Source: Macrostomum hystrix (Eukaryota > Animalia > Platyhelminthes). From it: DNA of 64,000 nt. Under the pieces are notes generated by a model that made no database searches, was not told where the DNA came from, and saw only the letters and a list, made by a program, of their open reading frames with translations. Location of the stretch: NCBI GenBank assembly GCA_950097015.1, contig CATNEN010000039.1, positions 19,096,001 to 19,160,000 of the forward strand. The letters are read 5' to 3'. Shown here in pieces: positions 13,490 to 25,300 of this stretch; position 1 is the first letter of the stretch, and every line of letters begins with the position of its first letter. Position numbers and translations under genes: made by a program.

Positions 13490-16400
13490 ATGCCGATAGC
13501 TGTTAGACGAACGGCATCTGCCAGGGGCACCGTAAGTTATTATTTTCCCATTGTTCTAATTTAAGCTGTTCTACTGGCACCTTGTAGCCCGACTTACCAC
13601 TGACAAATCGTAGGTTTGAGTCGAGAAACAATATTGTCGCTTCAATAATCATAGGATGTCCCTTCTATAATCATAGGATGTCCCTTCTATAATCCTAGGA
13701 TGTCCCTTCTATAATCCTAGGATGTCCCTTCTATAATCCTAGGATGTCCCTTCTATAATCCTAGGATGGGCTCTTCAATAATCCTAGGATGGGCTCTTCA
13801 ATAATCCTAGGATGTCCCTTCAATAATCATAGGATTTCCCTTCAATAATCATAGGATGTCCCTTCTATAATCCTAGGATGTCCCTTCAATAATCATAGGA
13901 TTTCCCTTCTATAATCCTAGGATGTCCCTTCAATAATCATAGGATTTCCCTTCAATAATCATAGGATGTCCCTTCTATAATCCTAGGATGTCCCTTCAAT
14001 AATCATAGGATTTCCCTTCTATAATCCTAGGATGTCCCTTCAATAATCATAGGATTTCCCTTCAATAATCATAGGATTTCCCTTCTATAATCCTAGGATG
14101 TCCCTTCAATAATCATAGGATTTCCCTTCAATAATCATAGGATTTCCCTTCTATAATCCTAGGATGTCCCTTCTATAATCCTAGGATGTCCCTTCTATAA
14201 TCCTAGGATGTCCCTTCTATAATCATAGGATGTCCCTTCTATAATCATAGGATGTCCCTTCAATAATCCTAGGATGTCCCTTCAATAATCCTAGGATGTC
14301 CCTTCTATAATCCTAGGATGTCCCTTCTATAATCCTAGGATGGGCTCTTCAATAATCCTAGGATGGGCTCTTCAATAATCCTAGGATGTCCCTTCAATAA
14401 TCATAGGATGTCCCTTCTATAATCCTAGGATGTCCCTTCTATAATCCTAGGATGTCCCTTCTATAATCATAGGATGTCCCTTCTATAATCCTAGGATGTC
14501 CCTTCAATAATCATAGGATGTCCCTTCTATAATCCTAGGATGTCCCTTCTATAATCCTAGGATGTCCCTTCTATAATCATAGGATGTCCCTTCTATAATC
14601 CTAGGATGTCCCTTCAATAATCATAGGATGTCCCTTCTATAATCCTAGGATGTCCCTTCTATAATCCTAGGATGTCCCTTCTATAATCCTAGGATGTCCC
14701 TTCTATAATCCTAGGATGTCCCTTCTATAATCCTAGGATGTCCCTTCTATAATCCTAGGATGTCCCTTCTATAATCCTAGGATGGGCTCTTCAATAATCC
14801 TAGGATGTCCCTTCAATAATCCTAGGATGTCCCTTCTATAATCATAGGATTTCCCTTCAATAATCCTAGGATGTCCCTTCTATAATCCTAGGATTTCCCT
14901 TCAATAATCCTAGGATGTCCCTTCTATAATCCTAGGATGGGCTCTTCAATAATCATAGGATGTCCCTTCAATAATCCTAGGATGTCCCTTCTATAATCAT
15001 AGGATGTCCCTTCAATAATCATAGGATTTCCCTTCTATAATCCTAGGATGTCCCTTCTATAATCCTAGGATGTCCCTTCAATAATCCTAGGATGTCCCTT
15101 CTATAATCCTAGGATGTCCCTTCTATAATCATAGGATGTCCCTTCTATAATCCTTGGATGTCCCTTCTATAATCCTAGGATGTCCCTTCTATAATCCTAG
15201 GATGTCCCTTCTATAATCCTAGGATGTCCCTTCTATAATCCTAGGATGTCCCTTCTATAATCATAGGATGTCCCTTCTATAATCATAGGATGTCCCTTCA
15301 ATAATCCTAGGATGTCCCTTCAATAATCCTAGGATGTCCCTTCTATAATCCTAGGATGTCCCTTCTATAATCCTAGGATGTCCCTTCTATAATCCTAGGA
15401 TGTCCCTTCTATAATCCTAGGATTTCCCTTCAATAATCCTAGGATGTCCCTTCTATAATCCTAGGATGGGCTCTTCAATAATCATAGGATGTCCCTTCAA
15501 TAATCCTAGGATGTCCCTTCTATAATCATAGGATGTCCCTTCAATAATCATAGGATTTCCCTTCTATAATCCTAGGATGTCCCTTCTATAATCCTAGGAT
15601 GTCCCTTCAATAATCCTAGGATGTCCCTTCTATAATCCTAGGATGTCCCTTCTATAATCATAGGATGTCCCTTCTATAATCCTTGGATGTCCCTTCTATA
15701 ATCCTAGGATGTCCCTTCTATAATCCTAGGATGTCCCTTCTATAATCCTAGGATGTCCCTTCTATAATCCTAGGATGTCCCTTCTATAATCATAGGATGT
15801 CCCTTCTATAATCATAGGATGTCCCTTCAATAATCCTAGGATGTCCCTTCAATAATCCTAGGATGTCCCTTCTATAATCCTAGGATGTCCCTTCTATAAT
15901 CCTAGGATGTCCCTTCTATAATCCTAGGATGGGCTCTTCAATAATCCTAGGATGTCCCTTCAATAATCATAGGATGTCCCTTCTATAATCCTAGGATGTC
16001 CCTTCAATAATCATAGGATGTCCCTTCTATAATCCTAGGATGTCCCTTCTATAATCCTAGGATGTCCCTTCTATAATCATAGGATGTCCCTTCTATAATC
16101 CTAGGATGTCCCTTCAATAATCCTAGGATGTCCCTTCAATAATCATAGGATGTCCCTTCTATAATCCTAGGATGTCCCTTCAATAATCATAGGATTTCCC
16201 TTCTATAATCCTAGGATGTCCCTTCTATAATCCTAGGATGTCCCTTCTATAATCCTAGGATGGGCTCTTCAATAATCCTAGGATGTCCCTTCAATAATCC
16301 TAGGATGTCCCTTCTATAATCCTAGGATGTCCCTTCTATAATCCTAGGATGGGCTCTTCAATAATCCTAGGATGTCCCTTCAATAATCCTAGGATGTCCC

Positions 16401-19400
16401 TTCTATAATCATAGGATTTCCCTTCTATAATCCTAGGATGTCCCTTCTATAATCCTAGGATGTCCCTTCAATAATCATAGGATGTCCCTTCAATAATCAT
16501 AGGATTTCCCTTCAATAATCATAGGATGTCCCTTCTATAATCCTAGGATGTCCCTTCAATAATCATAGGATTTCCCTTCTATAATCCTAGGATGTCCCTT
16601 CAATAATCATAGGATTTCCCTTCAATAATCATAGGATGTCCCTTCTATAATCCTAGGATGTCCCTTCAATAATCATAGGATTTCCCTTCTATAATCCTAG
16701 GATGTCCCTTCAATAATCATAGGATTTCCCTTCAATAATCATAGGATTTCCCTTCTATAATCCTAGGATGTCCCTTCAATAATCATAGGATTTCCCTTCA
16801 ATAATCATAGGATTTCCCTTCTATAATCCTAGGATGTCCCTTCTATAATCCTAGGATGTCCCTTCTATAATCCTAGGATGTCCCTTCTATAATCATAGGA
16901 TGTCCCTTCTATAATCATAGGATGTCCCTTCAATAATCCTAGGATGTCCCTTCAATAATCCTAGGATGTCCCTTCTATAATCCTAGGATGTCCCTTCTAT
17001 AATCCTAGGATGGGCTCTTCAATAATCCTAGGATGGGCTCTTCAATAATCCTAGGATGTCCCTTCAATAATCATAGGATGTCCCTTCTATAATCCTAGGA
17101 TGTCCCTTCTATAATCCTAGGATGTCCCTTCTATAATCATAGGATGTCCCTTCTATAATCCTAGGATGTCCCTTCAATAATCATAGGATGTCCCTTCTAT
17201 AATCCTAGGATGTCCCTTCTATAATCCTAGGATGTCCCTTCTATAATCATAGGATGTCCCTTCTATAATCCTAGGATGTCCCTTCAATAATCATAGGATG
17301 TCCCTTCTATAATCCTAGGATGTCCCTTCTATAATCCTAGGATGTCCCTTCTATAATCCTAGGATGTCCCTTCTATAATCCTAGGATGTCCCTTCTATAA
17401 TCCTAGGATGTCCCTTCTATAATCCTAGGATGTCCCTTCTATAATCCTAGGATGGGCTCTTCAATAATCCTAGGATGTCCCTTCAATAATCCTAGGATGT
17501 CCCTTCTATAATCATAGGATTTCCCTTCAATAATCCTAGGATGTCCCTTCTATAATCCTAGGATTTCCCTTCAATAATCCTAGGATGTCCCTTCTATAAT
17601 CCTAGGATGGGCTCTTCAATAATCATAGGATGTCCCTTCAATAATCCTAGGATGTCCCTTCTATAATCATAGGATGTCCCTTCAATAATCATAGGATTTC
17701 CCTTCTATAATCCTAGGATGTCCCTTCTATAATCCTAGGATGTCCCTTCAATAATCCTAGGATGTCCCTTCTATAATCCTAGGATGTCCCTTCTATAATC
17801 ATAGGATGTCCCTTCTATAATCCTTGGATGTCCCTTCTATAGTCCTAGGATGTCCCTTCTATAATCCTAGGATGTCCCTTCTATAATCCTAGGATGTCCC
17901 TTCTATAATCCTAGGATGTCCCTTCTATAATCATAGGATGTCCCTTCTATAATCCTAGGATGTCCCTTCTATAATCCTAGGATGTCCCTTCTATAATCCT
18001 AGGATGTCCCTTCTATAATCCTAGGATGTCCCTTCTATAATCCTAGGATGTCCCTTCTATAATCCTAGGATGGGCTCTTCAATAATCCTAGGATGTCCCT
18101 TCAATAATCCTAGGATGTCCCTTCTATAATCATAGGATTTCCCTTCAATAATCCTAGGATGTCCCTTCTATAATCCTAGGATTTCCCTTCAATAATCCTA
18201 GGATGTCCCTTCTATAATCCTAGGATGGGCTCTTCAATAATCCTAGGATGTCCCTTCAATAATCCTAGGATGTCCCTTCTATAATCATAGGATGTCCCTT
18301 CAATAATCATAGGATTTCCCTTCAATAATCCTAGGATGTCCCTTCTATAATCCTAGGATTTCCCTTCTATAATCCTAGGATGTCCCTTCTATAATCCTAG
18401 GATGTCCCTTCTATAATCCTAGGATGTCCCTTCTATAATCCTAGGATGTCCCTTCTATAATCATAGGATGTCCCTTCTATAATCCTAGGATGTCCCTTCT
18501 ATAATCCTAGGATGTCCCTTCAATAATCCTAGGATGTCCCTTCTATAATCCTAGGATGTCCCTTCAATAATCATAGGATGTCCCTTCTATAATCCTAGGA
18601 TGTCCCTTCTATAATCCTAGGATGTCCCTTCTATAATCCTAGGATGTCCCTTCTATAATCCTAGGATGTCCCTTCTATAATCCTAGGATGTCCCTTCTAT
18701 AATCCTAGGATGGGCTCTTCAATAATCCTAGGATGTCCCTTCAATAATCCTAGGATTTCCCTTCTATAATCATAGGATTTCCCTTCAATAATCCTAGGAT
18801 GTCCCTTCTATAATCCTAGGATTTCCCTTCAATAATCCTAGGATGTCCCTTCTATAATCCTAGGATGGGCTCTTCAATAATCCTAGGATGTCCCTTCAAT
18901 AATCCTAGGATGTCCCTTCTATAATCATAGGATGTCCCTTCTATAATCCTAGGATGTCCCTTCTATAATCCTAGGATTTCCCTTCAATAATCATAGGATT
19001 TCCCTTCAATAATCCTAGGATGTCCCTTCTATAATCCTAGGATTTCCCTTCTATAATCCTAGGATGTCCCTTCTATAATCCTAGGATGTCCCTTCTATAA
19101 TCCTAGGATGTCCCTTCTATAATCCTAGGATGTCCCTTCTATAATCCTAGGATGTCCCTTCTATAATCATAGGATGTCCCTTCTATAATCATAGGATGTC
19201 CCTTCAATAATCCTAGGATGTCCCTTCAATAATCCTAGGATGTCCCTTCTATAATCATAGGATGTCCCTTCAATAATCCTAGGATGTCCCTTCAATAATC
19301 ATAGGATTTCCCTTCAATAATCATCGGATGTCTATTCAATATTCCATATATGTCTCTTCAATAATCCTAGGATGTCCCTTCAATAATCCTAGGATGTCCC

Positions 19401-22323
19401 TTTAATAATCCTAGGATGTCCCTTTAATAATCCTAGGATGGCCTCTTCAATGACTCTAGGATGGCCACTTCATTGTGCCTTCGATGGCCTCTTCAATAAC
19501 TTTTGGATGGCCACTTAAATGACCCTATAGTGCATTTAAGGGCCTCTTCATGACCATGGGATGTATGATGTTCATGACCCTTTCATAGCCTCTTTAATGA
19601 CCCTAGGATGGCCTCTTCAATGACCCTAGGATGGTCTCTTCAATCGACCATAGGATGGCCTCTTCAGTAACCCTTGGATGGTCTCTTTAATTGACCATAG
19701 GATGGCCTCTTCAATGACCCTAGGATGGTCTTTTCAATTGACCATAGGATGGCCTCTTCAATGACCCTAGGATTGCCTCTTCAATGGCCCTAGGATGGTC
19801 TTTTCAATTGACCATAGGATGGCCTCTTCAATGACCCTAGGAGGGCCTTTTCAATGACTCTAGGATTGCCACTTGATTGTGCATTCGAAGGCCTCTTCAA
19901 TGACTTTTGAATGGCCACTTCAATGACCCTTTAGTGCATTTAATAGTGTATGATGCCTGTTTGTTTTATGTGTTTAAAAAAGCGACAAATACTACTGATT
20001 TCTTACTCGCGCCAACACAGGAGCGCAAGCGTCACCAGGAGTCGGCTAATTCTATTCGACGTAGGCCAAACGTCGGCGTGGCTAATTCGCATCCTAATAC
20101 GCGAAGTCCTTCAACCCGATCGCCAGCGTCGCCTACAGCTGTCGCCGTAGTGGAACTCGATCGGCATCAGCACCAGCATCCCAGCGTTGTTAACGTCGGT
20201 GTTGGAAGCGTCGGCGTTATTGGTTCCGATGTGAATCGGTTGTCTCAGCAGGTCGCTCGACTTGAGGCTGCAGGTCAGTGATTCTTTTGTGGAATTCGCG
20301 TGGTTTTTTGAACCTGCTGAATGTTATTCAGGGGACTTGCGAGGTCTGGATTTTTCGGGGTACTGAAGTCTGTTTTTGCAAGAAAGTTAATGAAGGTTTT
20401 TAATGGAACTTGAGGTAGGGTTTTTAATGGAACTTGAGGTGGGGTTTTTAATGGAACTTGAGGTAGGGTTTTTAATGGAACTTGAGGTAGGGTTTTTAAG
20501 GGAACTTGAGGTAGGGTTTTTAATGGAACTTGAGGTAGGGTTTTTAATGGAACTTGAGGTAGGGTTTTTAATGGAACTTGAGGTAGGGTTTTTAATGGAA
20601 CTTGAGGTAGGGTTTTTAAGGGAACTTGATGTAGGGTTTTTAAGGGAACTTGAGGTAGGGTTTTTAAGGGAACTTGATGTAGGGTTTTTAATGGAACTTG
20701 AGGTAGGGTTTTTAAGGGAACTTGATGTAGGGTTTTTAAGGGAACTTGATGTAGGGTTTTTAAGGGAACTTGAGGTAGGGTTTTTAAGGGAACTTGATGT
20801 AGGGTTTTTAATGGAACTTGAGGTAGGGTTTTTAAGGGAACTTGAGGTAGGGTTTTTAAGGGAACTTGATGTAGGGTTTTTAAGGGAACTTGAGGTAGGG
20901 TTTTTAAGGGAACTTGATGTAGGGTTTTTAAGGGAACTTGATGTAGGGTTTTTAATGGAACTTGAGGTAGGGTTTTTAAGGGAACTTGATGTAGGGTTTT
21001 TAAGGGAACTTGAGGTAGGGTTTTTAATGGAACTTGATGTAGGGTTTTTAAGGGAACTTGATGTAGGGTTTTTAATGGAACTTGAGGTAGGGTTTTTAAG
21101 GGAACTTGATGTAGGGTTTTTAAGGGAACTTGAGGTAGGGTTTTTAAGGGAACTTGAGGTAGGGTTTTTAAGGGAACTTGAGGTAGGGTTTTTAAGGGAA
21201 CTTGAGGTAGGGTTTTTAAGGGAACTTGAGGTAGGGTTTTTAAGGGAACTTGAGGTGGGGTTATTAAGGGAACTTGATGTAGGGTTCTATGGGAACTTGA
21301 GGTAGGGTTCTGTGGGAACTTGAGGTAGGGTTCTATGGGAACTTGAGGTAGGGTTCTGTGGGAACTTGAGGTTGGCTTTTCAAGGGAACTTGAGGTAGGT
21401 TTCTAAGGGAATTTGAGGTAGGATTTTCGCCTTTTGGTAAAACTAAGTGTCAGGTTTTTTGGGAAAATGCGTTACATATTTTATGAGTTCTGAGAGCACT
21501 AGCTTGTGCTGTGCAAGAACTATGACCAAATGATGTCTCTCAGCACTTAGGGTTTTAAACTTTGTCTTGTTTTTCATTTTACTATTTTCTGGCTAGCCTG
21601 GAGCCAACGTATATTCTCTCTTCTATCTTTCTATTTACAAATATTCGTTTAGTTTAGTTTTTTTAATTCGCAATTCTTTAGAAATGACCATGAGAAAACT
21701 TGGGTTATATAGGTTTTGGCACAGGTGAATTAATACCAAGCTTGTGTGGGTGTCAGTGAGGGCTATACTAGTTATTGGCCTGCCAGTTTATGTGTGTTTG
21801 CCCTTCTAAACCTGCGGCCTCACAAAAAATACTCACTCTGTCTCTCTCTCTCTCTCTCTCTCTCTTGCTGAACTGTTCAATCCACTCTATTTCAACTCCA
21901 CGCCTACTTTAACTGTCCTTCGAGGGCCAGTCTTAAAAGTCTTCTCTCTCCTCTGCCGCTCCGCCTGCCTCTCCCGTGGAAGCAATAGAGCCAACCAGTT
22001 GCCCAGCTGCTCGGCGTATTTCATTCCTTCTCTTCCGCAAGCATATTTCTATGCCAAAGCGTACACTGGGGCAACGTCTTAAATTATTCTTCTGTTTCTC
22101 GCCTAACCTTATCTTATACGGCCGTTGTGAAATTCCATTCTCTATTCTAATTGTACCTAGCCTTGGCCAACTAACTGCCTACCATCTTTTTCTTGAGCAC
22201 ACTTTGTCTCTCCCCCCTCAGCTTATTTGATCCAATTTGGACTATAGAAATTAAACAATTTGAATTGCAGAGCGACAACTAGAATCTCAGCTAGACCGGT
22301 TGAAAGGCTCGAGCTTTGGCAGC

Positions 22324-22361
<38 letters not shown>

Positions 22362-25300
22362 CCGAAGGCCAGTTGAATCAGTTGCGCATTCGGACGAAGA
22401 ATCGGCCTGGCTAGAAAGTTTCGCCTCTTTTAGAAGAGATTTGCGCCGATCCCGCAGCTTTCGCGACACTCCGCCAGTCAGGGATTTCAATTTCAACCGC
22501 GGCGGCACAGACGAAGCCATGATGAGAACTTCGCCAGCGCCGGCAGCCGAAGACAATCGGCATCGTCAGGGCCGGATGACTGACAAGAGCGCCTCCTCGG
22601 GCCGCCTGTACAGTGCCAAGGATGCCGCTCGCAGTCCGAGTCCACGTCGACTCGGCCGATTAGCTGTGAATGGCGGCGGCGTTACTGACGACGGCTCCGC
22701 TTTGGCTGCCGAATTGACGCGGGTTCGTCGGGAGCGCGACGATCTGCGCGCCGTATTGGACCGCTTCGAACAGCACATGGCCGACATTCAGGCCAACGTT
22801 CGCGGACATGCGCTGGAGAGAGCCAATCTGCAGCGAGCTCTCGAGGATTCCAAGGTTGGCTTCTGTTAATAATAATAAATTAATCTAATTGCAGGAGGGC
22901 TGCAGGCAACGGCAAATTATTTGGTAACAGTAGACCCGCAGTCAGCGAGGATGAGGTGTGTAAATCTGTCCTGACTTTTTCCATCGTCAGCCCCCTAATA
23001 AATGTGGCCTAGCCGCGGAATCGAGCTCAGGACCTCAGGTGCGGGAGGAAAAACCCGTTTGACCCCTCTGCCACTTCACCCCCTGTTGGCTTCTTTTGGA
23101 TGTACTTTTTGGATAAAACTATATTTTGTATATTTTGTAGAGAGCTCTATTCCGCGGCGAGGCAACATTACACTAAGAGAGAGCTTGGGGGCTTGTCGTG
23201 CATTTTTCACCCTTAAAATCCAACCTCCAAGGCACAGTGTGATCAGAAATTTAGTGGCAGATGTACACTCCCTGTGTGAGAGTGTGCTCAAGAGTCAGCG
23301 GAATGAGCAGAGTCGCCTCATTGGTTTGGTTATACAAAGGACATCACGGACATTGGGTATATCGGTGGACGTTGCAGATAATTAATTGAAGAAACAAATT
23401 GTCCCACTTCACAGGCTGAGCTGGCCAGGGCTCGACGCGAACTCCTGGCCTCTGCTGGTGCTTCAGCCGCTACCAGCGCCGCGCCCTCATTGGCTGCCCA
23501 GGCGGCGCAGAAGCGAGCCGAAACTGATCGAGACGACGCCCTGGCTGAGCTGCAGCGGACGGCCAGCGAGCGGGACAGCCTGCGCGATCGGCTGCGGGCG
23601 CTGGCCGAGACGGCGGCGGGCGACAGGGCTCGGCTGGAGCAGCGACTGGAGGAGATCATGGCGGCCGCTAGAAAGGTCTGCCTGTTGTATTGCTTTCTCG
23701 CAGATGAACTCGACAGCCTGTCAAGACCCTAAAATCCTAACCATATCCCTAAAATCCTATTGTAGATGCCTAAATATTATTTAAATCCCAAAATCCTATT
23801 TTTGATCCTCGAAATCCCATCTAGATCCTCAAAATCCCATCTAGATCCTCAAAATCCTATCTAGATCCTCAAAATCCTATCTAGATCCTCAAAATCCTAT
23901 CTAGATCCTCAAAATCCCATCAAGATCCTCAAAATCCCATCTAGATCCTCAAAATCCCATCTAGATCCTCAAAATCCTATCTAGATCCTCAAAATCCTAT
24001 CTAGATCCTCAAAATCCCATCAAGATCCTCAAAATCCCATCTAGATCCTCAAAATCCTATCTAGATCCTTAAAATCCTATCTAGATCCTACAAATCCCAT
24101 CTAGATCATCAAAATCCCATCTAGATCCTCAAAATCCTATCTAGATTCTACAAATCCCATCAAGATCCTCATAATCCTATCTAGATCCTCAAAATCCTAT
24201 TGTAGATGCGTAAATCCTAACTAGATCCCTAAATCCTATCTCGTTCTCAAAATAATTTTTGATCTCAAAATCATATATCGATCAAAGACATGTGTAGATT
24301 TATAATTTTATATAGATCCAATTTCGTTTTCCGATCTTATCTCCAAATCTACGAGTAGATCGAATTCTAAATCGAAATCCCATTTTAGATTCTAAATCCT
24401 ATAACAAATCTGGATCCCTTTCCAAATCTAGATCCCATACCCCTAACAAAACTGGATCCAATAAAAATTTTTCCTAGAATCCTGTCTAGGGCCATATAAT
24501 CTTAAGTCCGTTCGTCTCCCAATCCAATATCAGATTCTCATATTTCTCCCAATTCTCCCATTCTACTAGGCGGCCGCCGAGCGCGACGACATGGCAACTC
24601 GAGCCGCTGCTCTGCGCCAGCGCTGCGCCGACGCCGAGGAGCAGACCAAGATGGCCCAGCGCTGTCTGGCTGAACGCTCCGAAGCTGCCGCCGAGGCCCA
24701 CGCCGCCCAGGAGGCCGCTGCGTCAGCCGCCGACGCCGCTCAGCGCCAGTGCCGTCAGCTGCAGGCTGAGGCGGCGGAGGCCAGAGAAGCCGCCGCCGAG
24801 CTGGACGAGCAGTGCGGCCGCGCTCAGCGGGAGCTTCGCCTGGCCCGCGAGGAGCGTGAAGACCTGCGCCGTGCTGTGGCCACGCTTCAGGTGTGTTGGG
24901 CCACAGATCCTCATCTTGTACAGACATCTTCCCAGATCCTCAACTTGTACAGACATCTTCCCAGATCCTCATCTTGTACAGACATCTTCCCAGATCCTCA
25001 ACTTGTACAGACATCTTCCCAGATCCTCATCTTGTACAGACATCTTCCCAGATCCTCATCTTGTACAGACATCTTCCCAGATCCTCATCTTGTACAGACA
25101 TCTTCCCAGATCCTCAACTTGTACAGACATCTTCCCAGATCCTCATCTTGTACAGACATCTTCCCAGATCCTCATCTTGTACAGACATCTTCCAAGATCC
25201 TCAACTTGTACAGATATCCTCACAGATCCTCAACTTGTACAGATATCCTCACAGATCCTTAACTTGTACAGATATCCTCCAAGATCCTCAACTTGTACAG

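Noticed and set aside
4070-19430. Regular 18-32 bp repeats as CRISPR arrays
   Set aside because: Units are head-to-tail with no unique spacers, there are no cas genes, and the context is eukaryotic.
20403-21305. 300-aa (ELEVGFL)n ORF
   Set aside because: Translation of a 24-bp intronic minisatellite that happens to lack stops.
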